From assembly GCF_009914755.1 (NCBI RefSeq), contig NC_060928.1: a DNA stretch of 64,000 nt; one strand, given 5' to 3'. The DNA comes from the human T2T-CHM13v2.0 reference genome, Homo sapiens. Made by a program: the position numbers and the translations under genes. Under the pieces are notes generated by a model that saw only the letters and a program-made list of their open reading frames with translations, did not search any database and was not told the DNA's origin. Positions 14,579 through 28,100 of the stretch are shown here, piece by piece (position 1 is the first letter of the stretch; the number at the start of each line of letters is the position of its first letter).

Positions 14579-14582
14579 AGTC

Positions 14583-14727
14583 AGAAAGAAAGAAAGAAAA
14601 AGGAAGGAAGGAAGGAAGAAAGAAAGGAAAGAAAGAAAAAGAAAGAAAGAGAAAGAAGAAAGAAAGAAGGAAAGAAAGGAAGGAAGGAAGGAAGGAAGGA
14701 AGGAAGGAAGGAAGGAAGGAAAAGAAA
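14583..14727. repeat. Pure purine tract, (GAAA)n/(GGAA)n, with 11 consecutive GGAA at 14678-14721
   Basis: Directly visible. Confidence 0.97.
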
Positions 14728-15125
14728 CATGCTGGTTGGCAATATTTCAGAATGATGGTCTGATTCATGGTGACTTCTAACTTATTAATAAAGAATAAAT
14801 ATTTTCTTGAAAAACCAATTCCATGAACAGTTACTTAACTATATATATATATAATATAGTTTATATTAAAACTATAAATTTTAAAATTGAAAAGCTTCTT
14901 AAATCAAAGCCTTAACATGTTTCAACTCTCTCCTCTGATGAATTTAGAAGAGTTACTGTAACTCTTAAGCTATGCCTGAGTTGGAATTCAGAAGTAGGAT
15001 CAGGGCTTAGCTTGAATCATTTGTCTAGGCTTTTTGATCTGGGGAAGCCATTTCATTTTTATTTCCTTTAGACACAGAAAATGTTTTCCCTTGTGTTAAA
15101 GTGGACATTTTTGTCCTCACTAATA

Positions 15126-15543
<418 letters not shown>

Positions 15544-18289
15544 TAGCAATTGTAGATAATACATTAAATTTTAATGTTAAAAACATTCTTCTTAAAATTC
15601 TTGACACATGACCTGTGTTATTTCTTCTGATACTCTGCCATTGAAAGCTACAAAGGAGGTTAAGTGTCTACAAAATCCCGCCTTTCCTGTTTTCCTCAGT
15701 TACTGCAATTCCAAATTTTTACTGGGAATTTTAATGTAAACAAGTTTGCAATGATTTTCATACCATCCTTGAAACCTCTGAGTCTTGTAAGCATCTCTAG
15801 GATTATGTAGAGGATTTCATTTGTTTTCCCCATTTTTTCTGTAGCCTAACTTAACATGACTAAGGTTCAAGGACATGGAAAATTAACCTTACACTTTGGA
15901 AACACAGATCAAGTGACATAGACTCAGTTTAAGAAGGTCATTTCATGACTCACTGATAATTATTTCAGGACAGATTTGATAATTGAGAGTGAGCCATGTT
16001 AGTCTTCAAAACAACGTAAGAAAAAGTTACTGATTTGCTTTTGGAAAAGCATATTCATCTTACATAGATAACAGGAAGGAAAATGGTGAGGCTCTTCGGG
16101 ATTGCTTTTTTTTTTTTATGTTTGCCTTTGACAAGTGTATCAAAGGTTAATAAAGCCCTTTGGAATTTTGATTTTTGAAACACTAACACACGTAAACTTA
16201 AAAGCACTACCGGTTGATTAGAAGGTGGTACTTTTGGGTGTGAATGCTGCCCGTTTCACATGCAAACTGCGTCCAGCAAACAATCCTGGGAACAGAGCCA
16301 AGAAATGTCATTTCTCTCACTTTGTACTTCCATAATAAGTCTTCATCCCCAAATGCTTTCCCCTGTTCTGTCCGCTGACTAATCCACCCACTCAAAATCT
16401 TTCCTGTTTACACTGTAAAAGAATGGTATTTTTAAAACCTTTACTCCTTTAGCAAAAGCACCCAACATAAAGCCTTGCACACAGACACACGTAATAAATG
16501 TCATTTTGAAAATCTTTTAAAATAGATATCCCTTTATGAACTTCAAAGATCATGCAAAGGAATAAGTCAAAGCTAAACCCAGCAACTTGACTCTCCCTTC
16601 CAAATGTGTTACCATCAGAAAACACTAGAATCTGAGTGCAAGACTGAAACTCTGAAAGATTCTACCTTATTTAGCATGCAAGTTAGTCCTGTAATCCGTA
16701 GAATCAATATCAACACTTCAGAAGGATCTGTCCTGACTTGGCATAACATTTGATTTTTCTTAGCTTGTGAAATTGATCCTCTCCCTAACCTAGATTGTTA
16801 AACCTCATAGAAGACATTATTAGGCATGAGCAACAGTTTATTTCTGAAATCTGAATAAAAAATAGACATTTACTCACACAGTAGGTGATAATCCATGGCC
16901 ATTTCCCTCATATAAACAAACTGCCCTCAACTAACTCCGGAAACCTCTTTTAATGATAGTTCTTGCAAAAGGTCAGCTAAAGTTTATTTTGCTTTCTTGC
17001 CTTTGTTGGAATTTTAGAAAACATGGTATCTTTTTAAAAAAGATTTTATGTAGCTCTCCATAAATCAGAATTGTTTGGCCATCTCTTCAGAGGCATAGCA
17101 TTGAAGCAACTATAGTGTTTTCATTTTTCTCTACTGAAGGAACATTCTCATCCTGTGGTTTCAGAGAATATTTAGAAAGATAATCAAATAAATCTGCTTA
17201 TCTTCTTTTCTACTTCCAACATAGACCCAATTTTGCAACATATTACCATCATTGGGTCAAACTGACCATGGCAAACACAAATTTTGTTGAATCAGTTTTA
17301 GTCTCTACCAAATCTACCACCCTCTGCCATCATATTCCACAGTTATGCCACTGTCCTGCCATTACACCTTGTAAAATCTTACAACAGGTTTTGTGAGATT
17401 TTTATTAAAACCTCACAGTACTATTTTGCCTCCCCCCTTATCTTTGTGGTTACCAGACCTTGCTCGTTTTCTTTATAGGTATCTTTCTGACACACCAATT
17501 TCCATTTGGAGCCATTCCTATTATAAGCCTTTGTAATTGACCACTTGACTAATATTTTGCCCTTCAGCTTCTCTCACCTTTAATCATCCTAAACGCTATT
17601 TGTCTTATAGTAAGATATCAGAAAATAATTGTAAATGTAAGCCACAGGTAACAATACATATAAGATATCGTTATTGTACAAACTTATCAAGTAATTAACA
17701 TCAACTAAGCTTTGTTCTTACTCTAACACCCAGCACACCTGAGGCCAGGGCTTGGGAGGTGAGGCCTGGGTGCTCCACTCCCAGCTCAGGCTGCTAGCAT
17801 TATTGGGGTGGGGGGTCATAGGAGGAAGGTCATTTCTGAAGACATACCAGAGATGGTTCATTAAATAACAGAGATCAGTGACTGTACCAAGCCAGGAGGG
17901 AATCTAGCTGTAAGTCTGTTCAAAGAAATGAGGGGACAAATGCAAGTACAGCAAGGCACTAAAGTTTGAACTCACACTTCAGCAAAATCAAAGGCAGTAG
18001 GATAAAGCAGGAGGGGAGCCTAAAGCAGGAAGAGATGAGATGTAGTGTGAAGAACAGGCCAGCCTACTCCAGGTAGTACCCCTACACTTTGCAGATCCTC
18101 TAGACCTTCGTTTCCCCACGACTCACTCAACCCGGATACTCAGCTCAAAAAATTTTGTTTTTCCCCCACTTCCTTTCTTTCTCTCCCTCCTCTTGCACAT
18201 TTGCCTGACTTGATATAAGCAAAACCCAAAATCCAGTTTTCCAAATACATAGCTTTTCTTACATGGAGAGGAGAAGGGAAGGCTGGAAC

Positions 18290-20245
18290 GAATAATTTCT
18301 TTTCCTTTGAATAGATACCCAGCAGTGAGATTGCTGTGTCAAATGGTAGCTCTATTTTTAGTCCTTTGAGAAACTCCAAACTGTTTTCCATAGAGATTTA
18401 ACTAACTTACATTCCCACCAACAATGTATAAGCATTACCTTTTGTCCACATCTACACCAACATCTATTATTTTTTGACTTTTTAATAATGGCCATGCTGA
18501 CTAATGTGAAATGGTATCTCATTTGCGATTTTAATTTATATTTCTCTGATCATTAGTGATGTTCAGCATTTTTTCATGCAGTTGGTGGTCACTTGTAGTC
18601 TTCTTTTGAGAAATGTCTGTTCCTGTCTTTTGCCCATTTTTTAATGGGGTTGTTTGCTTTTTTCTTGTTGAGTGGTTTGAGTTCCTTGTAGATTTTTGGA
18701 TATTAGTCTATTGTTAGAAGCATAATTTGTAAATATTTTCTCTCATTCTGTAGGTTGTCCATTTACTCTGTTGATTATTTCTTTTGCTGTGAAAAGCTTT
18801 TTTTTTTTTTTTTGAGACAGAGTCTCGCTCTGTCGCCCAGGCTGGAGTGCAGTGGTGTGATCTCGGCTCACTGCAAGCTCTGCTTCCCGAGTTCATGCCA
18901 TTCTCCTGCCTCAGCCTCCTGAGTAGCTGGGACTACAGGCGCCCACTGCCACACCCAGATAATTTTTTGTATTTTCAGTAGAGACGGGGTTTCACTGTGT
19001 TAGCCAGGATGGTCTCAATTTCCTGACCTCGTGATCTGCCTGCCTCAGCCTCCCAAATGTGCAAAAGCTTTTTAGTTTAAGTCCAATTAGTCTATTCTTG
19101 TTTTTGTTTCATTGGCTTTTGGGAAATTTCATCATAAATTCTTTCCCTAGGTCAATGTCCACGAGAGTTCTTTCCAGGTTTTCTTCTAGGATTTTTATAA
19201 TTTTGGGTCTTACATTTAACTTTTTAATCCACCTTGAGTTAATTTTTGCATATGGTGAGAGATAAGGGTCCAATCTCATTCTTCTGCATATTGCTAGCCA
19301 ATTTTCCCAACATCATTTATTGAATAGGCTATCATTTCCCCATTGTTTATTTTTGTTGACTTTATCAAAGATCAGTTGGTTGTAGGTAAGTGGCTTTATT
19401 TCTGTGTTCTCTATTTTGTTTCATTGATCTATAGGTCTATTTTTGTACCAGTAATATGCTGTTGTAATAATTATAGCCTTGTAGTGTAATTTGAAGAGGA
19501 ACAATGTGATGCTTCCAGCTTTGTTATTTTTGCTTAGGATTGCTTTGGGTATTCAGGCCTTTTTTTGGTTCTTCATGAGCTTTAGGGTTTTTTTTTCTAA
19601 TTCTGTGAAAAATGACATTGGTATTTTATTAGGGATTGCATTGACTCTGCACACTGCTTTGAGCAGTATGGTCCTTTTAACAATATCAATTCTTTCAAGC
19701 CATGAACATGGGATGTTTTTTCATCTGTTTGTGTCATCTATGATTTCTTTTATCAGCATTTTGTAGTTCTCCTTGTAGAGATCTTTCACCTCCTTGGTTA
19801 AATGTATTCCTAGGTATTTTATTGAGTGTGTGTGTGTGTCCATTGTAAATGAGATTGAGTTACTGATTTTGTTCTCAGGTCGAAAGTTATTCGTTTACAG
19901 AAATGCTTCCGATTTTTGGATATTAATTTTGTGTTCTGAAACTTTATTGATGTCATATATTAAGTCTAGGAGTCTTTTGGAGAAGCCTTTAGGGTTTTCT
20001 AGGTATACGGTCATGTCATCAGCAAACATATAATTTGACTTCCTCTTTTCCAATTTGGATATTATTTCTTTCTTTCTTTCTTTTGCCTGATTGCTCTGGC
20101 TAGGACTTTCAGTACTGTGTTGAATAGGTGTGGTGAGAGTGAACATTCTTGTCTTATTCTGGTTCTTAGAGGGAGTGCTTTCAACTTTTCACCATCCAGT
20201 AGGATATTGGCTATGGGTTTGTCATACATGGTTCTTATTATTTTG
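18290..20245 (-). mobile_element. L1 ORF2 fragment (L1PA/PB-type), interrupted by an Alu and lacking its 3'UTR
   Basis: Minus-strand frames give RT motif remnants ([15 protein letters not shown]; [23 protein letters not shown]; LKIELPFDTAISLLGIY). Confidence 0.92.
18798..19057 (-). mobile_element. 5'-truncated AluY-like element inserted in the L1
   Basis: Alu stops at CCTCCCAAA; TSD TGTGAAAAGCTTTT / TGTGCAAAAGCTTTT. Confidence 0.9.
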
Positions 20246-20359
20246 AAGCAATGATTTTTAAAGGCAGGAAAATATGTTGAAGCAATGATTTTTGAAAAGA
20301 ATTTCATTTCAATGAATTTTGTGTACTATAATGCGTTATTGGGGAATCCATTCTATGTG

Positions 20360-20560
20360 CTAGTTATTCTTCTAGGTGGTTTATATGTAATGTCTTATTT
20401 ATTCTTCACAACATTAATAATAGTATGAGGTAGGACCCATCGTTATCCGTAATTTACTAATCAAGAATCAGAAACATGTAGCAAAAACTTGTCCAAGATC
20501 ACCAGGAATAAGTTAAGGAGACAGGATTCAAACACAGGTAGTTTGACAACTTAGACCATG
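20360..20560 (-). mobile_element. MIR remnant
   Basis: TTATTCTTCACAAC...ACTTGTCCAAGATCAC...GGATTCAAAC.CAGG. Confidence 0.55.
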
Positions 20561-20656
20561 TTGTAACTCCTCCCTCCACCTGTGCTACTGCTACTGCTTC
20601 AATGCAATGGACATCTGAGTGGAGAAAGTGTGATCAGTTACTCCAGTCATCATACT

Positions 20657-21159
20657 TGTTATGGCTGATTTTATGTGTCAACTTGACTGGGCCACAGGGT
20701 GCCCAGATATTTGATCAGACATTACTCTGTGTGTGTCTGTCAGGATGTTTTGGGGTGAGATTAGTTTAAATCGGTAGATTGTGTAAAGCAAATTAACCCT
20801 CCCTAATGTGAGTGGGCTTCATCCAATCAGTTGAATATAACAAAAGACTGACCCTCTCCTTAGTAGGAAAATTTTCTGCATACCTATCTTCAAAATGAAA
20901 CATCAGTTCTTTCTGTTCCTCCAGCCTCTCAGTCTTCAGATTGGATGACACCATCAGCTTTTTTGGTTCTCAGGCTTTTGGACTCAAACTGGAACTACAG
21001 CATCAACTCTCCTGGGTCTCCAGCTTGCCATCTCACCCTGCAGATGTTGGGACTTGTCAGCCTCCATAATCTTGTGAAGCAACTCCTTATAATAAGTCTC
21101 TTTCTATATACATATACATTCTATCGGTTCTGTTTCTTTGGAGAACCCTGACTAATACA
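20657..21159 (+). mobile_element. MLT2 (ERVL) solo LTR
   Basis: TGTTATGG..ATTTTATGTGTCAACTTGACTGGGCCAC...GGAGAACCCTGACTAATACA; perfect 5-bp TSD ATACT. Confidence 0.92.
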
Positions 21160-22020
21160 ATACTTCATCTATGTATGCCATGGGGAATAGAGGTTATTTT
21201 TTCAGATTCTTGAACTTTCTCATGAGGAAAATTGGGAGACTATGACATTACTATCCCCTTAAAGACATTATTTTTAGCACCTTATACTATAACTCACTAT
21301 TCTAAATTACAGGTCTCAGATGCGCACATGAAAAATGACCTTGAACTTCAATTTTCAAGTGATCAACTTAAACACTTAGGAGCTCAGCAACTGACACTTA
21401 TATGTCAATTTAGTCATATAATTAACACTCTAGAAGTGTAGTTTTAGTACTGATCTGTTGTGATCTGCTTAAGTCTACTAAAATGTGGAAACAATTTAGG
21501 ATTTTTAGCTCTTAATTGTAGTCCATTTTCAAGGAAAAGGTTATTTTTTCACTATTCATAATGTTCTGCCTCTAAAATATTTCATCTGTTTGTCTATATC
21601 TTGATTTTGCTCTTAGTCTCAAATGGAAATATTACATTCAGGTTTTTCTCCTTAAACAAGTCTCAAGTATTTCTCACATACTTTGCCATTTTTATTTCTA
21701 CATTTGATTACCATATAAGCTTTTGAGTTTTCAAATTAAAATTTTTACACTTGGGAGATGTGCATTCAAGTGGTTAATTGATCAAGTATATTTGAAACAG
21801 CATTCTAATTTCAATAACCTGTGATTTAATTCCTTTTATAGTTATTTCAAGATATTGGTTCCCTGCTATTGATGAGCGAGTTTTGATATGAAACTTGTTC
21901 TTTCATTGTTAGCATTCTGAAGTCTAATTTAGGTGAAAAGCTAGTTATTTCCTTTACTTTATGGCCTCTTAAAGACTAATATTTGGAAATGAAGACTAGA
22001 TAAATGTGAATCAAAAAATT

Positions 22021-22186
22021 AGGCTGTGCACTGTGGCTCAGCCTGCTAATCCCAGCACCTTGGAAGCCCAAGGATGGAGCATCATTTGAGACTGGGAGTT
22101 TGAGTTACATTGAACTATGATCCAGTCATTGCACTCCAGCTTGGGCAACAGAGCGAGACCTTGTCTCAAAAAATAAAAATACAAAA
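22021..22186 (+). mobile_element. Alu monomer (FRAM-like)
   Basis: Single diverged right-arm-like monomer with an A tail. Confidence 0.75.
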
Positions 22187-24049
22187 CAGAACTCCTTGGG
22201 AATACAAACTAGGATGTTTATGTTTTCCTAAAGCTGTTATTCCTCTAACACAATAATATTTATAAACTGGAACCTCATTAGCTCTAATTACTCTCATCTT
22301 TATCTTCTTAAAAAATTAAATCAAATTAAGGCCTTTTCTTAGATTTTGAAACATTTAGATCCCCTCTCCCAATAACAGGAGTTCAAAGCAAAAACATTGC
22401 TTGGCAGTATAAAGCAGAAGTTAAAACAATTAGAGTTAGTCAATAGAATTGTTTAATCATTGTAATATCTGAAAAAGTAGAATGAAAAAATTTTCTGTTT
22501 CCTTGCCACTAAACAGTAACGTTCTCTATGGTTGGTTGGCCCCATGATGGATTTGTGGTTTTTAAACCTTATATTCACCTTTCTGAACTCCTTTATAAAA
22601 TTATAAACACATATAACTGATTAACTGATAGTTAAACATAGATAGCTAGTCTAATAAAAAAATGTAACTATGAAAATTTAAATGTCTTCTATTTAACTGC
22701 TAATTTATTCAAATAATTCCCACAATTATTTGGGGGAGGGGAATATCTACATAAATTAGGGTAGACTCTTATTCAGCCTTGCTAATTATTATGCACCACA
22801 AAGGCATCCAAATTACATAAATTTCTAGAATCACTAGTTGATTACTTTAGCATTTCAGTCTCTTCACATGAGAGTAATAATGATATTGTGTTCAATATCA
22901 AGGATATAATCTTAGCATGCTCTTACTTTTCTTCGGTCACAGATTTTCAAGATGTGGTGCCTTTATAATTCATTCCTATTCTTTCTCCCTTTCTCCTCCC
23001 ACTCCCAACTTTCCTGCCCCCAACCACTACCCCAAAAGCCACATCCTAAACTTATGCTTTGCTTCATACCATATATTTTCCAAATCAGCATTTTCTTTCT
23101 GGTGCAATTTGTTTATTTTGTAACTTCTGTAACTAAGTTGTTTTTCATTTGCAAGGCCCAAGTAATAGCTAGATAAAAACTTTATAGCAACATGTAAAAA
23201 CATAGAGGTGCACATATGTGTGCTAAGAATACAGCTGCAGTTTTCTTTCAAGTTGTTCTGTGCAGAGTAGAGTCTACAAGAGAAAGAGGTTGAAATAATT
23301 ACTCTAGTGTTTAGTTCATTAGCCTAGAATTGGATCCCTCCTCAAGTCACAGAGGAATGGTTCTGGTGCTGAAAATGAAACTAGCATTTTACTTTTTGAT
23401 TAACAGGAGCAGAATGATATGCTTGACTATTTTAAAAATTCTTTTTTAATGCAGGAATGGAAGTCTAGACTCAGTCATGTAACGCTCAGTTGGAGAAATA
23501 GTTTGGAAAAATTACTAGCATCGTTTGACTATAATCTGAAGTTTTTCAACATTCCATAGGACTTTAACCTTAATAACTAGCCTCTCTGACAATTTGTAAG
23601 ATAAGACTCATTAGTAGCGTTATAGCCTAAAGGTGAAAACACAGAGAACATTTCCTCACTCTGGTTATCTATTCTCTGACAAGATTAGGTGAGTCATTTG
23701 GGCCTCAGTAATCCTCTGCAGTGAACTACAAGTCAGATTGCAAAACACAGGACTATGAATACCTCCTCTGAGTTTTCCTCTTTGTTTTAAAATTGAGAGA
23801 TTTGTATAGAAAGAAGAATTTATTTTTACTTTGTTAACAGTTTATCAAAATTTACTAATGTAATCTGTGTAGAAAATATTCTGGTATATCTTCAGGAAGA
23901 AATGATTAATAAAAAATGTTAAAACTACCATTACTCTTCAGAGATGTTGCTTTAGAGGTATAATAGCATGTTTTTAAAACTATTAAGTGGATTGCATCAA
24001 TAACATATGTAGGAGATGGAGTAATAGTACTTGTTGCTATTTATTCCTA

Positions 24050-24240
24050 CTGGGTCAGGAACTAAGCAAAGTACATTAAATGGTATCTTATGCAAGCCTT
24101 ATAAAAACTTCTAATGTAGGAATTGATATTCTGATTGTACAGATAAGAAAACTATATTTTGGTCACACTGTTAGTATGTGGTCGAGCAGGCACTCAAACA
24201 AAGGTCTGATTAACTCCTAAGCCCATGCCTATAACTTTGC
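24050..24240 (-). mobile_element. MIR remnant
   Basis: ACAGATAAGAAAACT...GGTCACAC...TCAAAC..AGGTCTGA..AACTCC. Confidence 0.55.
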
Positions 24241-24399
24241 CCTGCACTGCCGTATCACATTAAATGTTCCCAGCATCAGTCTCGTAAAGAAACACAAATA
24301 AAAAGAAAAATACAAATCTTTTTGGTTTTTAACTATGTCTCATTTGTGTGAGTGGTTGAAAAATTACTAAGAGTTTGGGAGAAAAGAAAACTGTGTTGA

Positions 24400-24812
24400 A
24401 GAATTAATACTGTTTGCTAAAGTACCAGACAAATTCCCCCACATCAGTGGTTTTCACATAATGGTTTTTTGCTTTTAATTTCTTCCTCAATTCAAATCAC
24501 AGGAATTTCTGATAAGTGAGCAGCTTTAGTACAAGTGGTCCTTCAGTTCTTTCCTTATCGTGGCATTGTCATCTTCAATATGTGATTTTCAAGGGTGTCA
24601 AAATAGTTTCAGTAAAAACTGAAAGTGTAGTGGATTGTGAATTGGAGGTTTTTATGGGCCAGACTTGGTGGTGTCACCCATCTCTTCTGCTTATTTCCAT
24701 TGGCAAAAATTTAGTCGCATCACCTAATTTTGAAAAAATGTAGTTGCATCACCTAACTTTGAAGTTAGGTGTACACCTAACTTCAAAGGAGGCTGAGAAA
24801 TAATCTAGTTAA
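24400..24812. mobile_element. Old MLT1 (J/K-like) LTR remnant carrying a local palindrome/duplication
   Basis: TTCCATTGGC...AGTC.CAT..CACCTAACT.CAA.GGAGGCTG.GAAAT motif. Confidence 0.55.
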
Positions 24813-24813
24813 C

Positions 24814-25141
24814 TGCTATGGTCTGAATGTGCCTAAAATTCATATGTTGAAACTTAATCACTGATATGATAGTATTAAAATATGGGGCCTTTAGGAGGTG
24901 ATACAGTGATGAATGGGATTAGAGACCTTATAAAAGAGGTATGAGGAAGCTGTTTGTCCCTTTTGCCCCTTCCACTATGAGAGGACACACAAGAAGGTAC
25001 AAGCCATCTCCAGATGCAGCATCTGCTGCACCCTTGATCTTGGACTTCCCAGTCTCCAGAACTATGAGAAATAAATTTCTATTATGTATAAATTACTCAG
25101 TCTAAGGTATTTCATTATAGAAGCAGGATTGGACTTAGACA
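24814..25141 (+). mobile_element. MaLR LTR (MLT1A/MST-like)
   Basis: TGCTATGGTCTGAATGTG..AAAATTCATATGTTGAAAC...TTGGACTTCCCAGTCTCCAGAACT.TGAGAAATAAATTTCT...GACTTAGACA. Confidence 0.85.
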
Positions 25142-28100
25142 CCACGTGACCAAAAAAAGGGGGTAGAGGGATCAAGTTTGATGCTATGGCATAGTGTTCT
25201 GGAGATTAGAACTACTGAAGTAAAAACTGCAATTTGGTCATATTAAAAAATTGTTGACCACTCGCAGAGTTAAGAAACCATTATCTTTAATTTTTTTCTT
25301 TACTTATTTTTATTAATACTTTCCTTTTTAGTCTTTGATTTTTATTTTTTAGTTACTGAGAGGGACCCACAAATAGCTATTTCAACACCATAAAATGCGT
25401 AAGGGCCATGTATATGTGTACATGTTTGTGTATTTGAATTTGTCAGAGTTGCATGAATAGTATAAAGACCTGTTTTGTGTTTTGATTATTGCAGTTTTTT
25501 TCTTTTCCACATGACTTGTAAATAAATTACTTCTATTGAATATTGAATTATTATGTTATACCAATATAAGTATTAATGGGACTTTTACTTCTGCTATGGT
25601 GAAATATCAGGGGCCAAATTTGTCTTCCACTTTAAACAATTAAAAACTGGACAGTGTATATAACATTATGCCTTTTTAGACACTGAATAACTGGCAATGT
25701 AGCACTGTTTTCCCTGATCGAAGAAAAACAAAAAGGCAAGGTTTATAATTGCCCTATCTTAATGTCTGGAGGTATTTTCCAAAACCACAGCACAGGGAGG
25801 TGAAACCCAAACAGAGCCCAGAGAGATCAATGCATTGAGGAGGCAGAGATCAGAGTTCTGAGAGGCTAAAGCAGTTAATTTTGTAAGATAGGGGTCAGCT
25901 GCACAGAGGGAGAGCAGCCATCAGAGATTGGAAGAAGGCTTTCCTGAACTTTCTAGCTGAGAACTGATCTGCACATGTATGTGAAGAAACTACTGACTCA
26001 TAGCTTGGGGAAAAAACTATCAGAAAACAGTGAACCAAACAATTCCCGGGGTTCTCATAGAGCTAGGAATAGTTTGTGTTCCCAACAGCCAGAGTGAAAA
26101 AACCTTTCGTTACACAGTCATTGGGTAGAATCCTCAGGAAGAGATCACCTTAATAGTGGAGACAACTTAGACTTAGAATAAAGGCTGCTCTGTATGTATC
26201 TTAACAAAGTTGAAAGCAAGCTTGAAAGAATCAAACTACTTCCAAGTAAATTAACTATTCTCAAATTTCTATATGATTTACAGGAGTACAACGAAATATA
26301 GCACCCAACAGTGTAAAATTCACAATCTTCAGCAGCCAAGCAAAATTTACTAGGCTTACAAAGAAGCAGGAAAATATGACCCATAGCTAGGAGAACACTC
26401 AATCAATAGAAACAGACCTAGAAATTATAGAGATGATAGTATTAGGAGATAAGGACATTAAAAGAGCTGCTATATGGTCTCTATGCTCAAGAAAGTAAAA
26501 GAAAACAAGAATATGATGCAGAGAGAAATGGAAGACACACAGAAGATTAAAAAAAACCTCTGGAGATTAAAAACACAATATCTGAAATTAAAAATACACT
26601 GGATGTGATTAACTGCAGATTACACACTTCAGAAAAGTCAGTTAACTTGAAGACACAGGAATAAAAACTATCCAAAATGAAAAACTGAGAAAAAAAATTA
26701 GAAAAAAAATGAACAGAGCATCATGACGCGAAAGCCAGTATCAGTATTCCAATATACATTTAGATGGGGGTCCCAAATGGGAAGAGAAGCACAGAAAAAC
26801 TATTTGTAGAAGCATTGGCTGAAATTTTTCCAAATGTAATGAAAAATATAAATCTTTGAAACAAAATTATCAACACGCCCCAAGCAAAATAGAGATAAAC
26901 CCCTCCAAAGCACATCATAAATGCATTGCTGAATCAGATACAACAAAGGTGACATCACAACCAATCCCACAGAAATACAAAACATCCTCAGAGACTATGA
27001 TGAACACCTCTATGCACAGAAACTAAAAAATCTAGAGGAAATGGATAAATTCCTGGAAACACACTACCTCCCAAATTTGAAAAAGGAAGAAATTGAAACC
27101 CCGAAGAGACCAATCCTGAGTTCCAAAATTGAATCAGTAATAAAAAACCAACCAATCAAAAAAAGCCCTGGACCAGATGGGTGCACAGCCAAATTCTACC
27201 AGATATACAAAGAAGAGCTGGTACCAGTCCTACTGAAACTATTCCAAAAAATTGAGGAAGAAGGATTCCTCCCTAACTCCTTCTGCAAACCTAGTCAATA
27301 CCAAAATGTGGCAAAGACACAACAAAAAGAAAACTACAGCCCAATATCCCTGCTGAACACAGATGCAAATATCCTCAACAAAATACTAGCAAAGCAAATC
27401 CAGCAGCACACCAAAAAGTTAATTCACTACAATCAAGTGGGCTTTATTCCTGGGATGCAAAGTTGTTTCAACATATACAAATCAATAGATGTGTATTAAA
27501 AACAGAATTAAAAACAAAAAACATATGATCATCTCAATAGATGCAGAAAAAGCATTCAATAAAATCCACTATCTCTTCATGATAATAGCTCAACAAACTA
27601 GGCATTGAAGGAGCATACTTCAAAATAACAAGACATATGGGTCTTGTTATTCAAACCCAGTTCAAACTCACAGCCAACATCATACTTAATGGGTGAAAGC
27701 TGGAAGCATTTGCCCTGAGAACTGGAACAAGACAAGGATTTCCCATTCAACATAGTACTGGAAGTCCTAGCCAAAGTAATCAGGCAACAGAAAGAAAGAA
27801 AAGGTATCCAAATTGGAAAAGAAGAAGTCAAATTATCTGTCTTCACTGATGATATGATTCTGTACTTAGAAAACCCTAAAGACTTATTTAAAAGACCCCT
27901 AGACTTGATAAACAACTTCAGTAAAGTCTCAGTATACAAAATCAACAAAAAAAAATCATTAGCATTTTACACAGCAATAATATTCAAGTTAACTGCCAAA
28001 TCATGAATACAATCCCATTTGCAATAGCCAAACACAAAAAATAAAATACATAGAAATATGTCTCACCAAGGAGATGAAAGATCTCTACAAGGAGAACTAC

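Noticed and set aside
14544-14768. Lys/Glu/Arg-rich and Phe/Leu/Ser-rich ORFs
   Set aside because: Translations of the GAAA/GGAA microsatellite.
23400-23696. Acceptor-like sites and AG|GTGAGT donor overlapping an AP-1 motif
   Set aside because: No unique acceptor pairing or coding frame; not distinguishable from background pseudo-splice sites.
27041-27499. 152-aa ORF with reverse-transcriptase-related motifs
   Set aside because: Fragment of L1 ORF2 in a truncated, frameshifted element; not a host gene or an active element.
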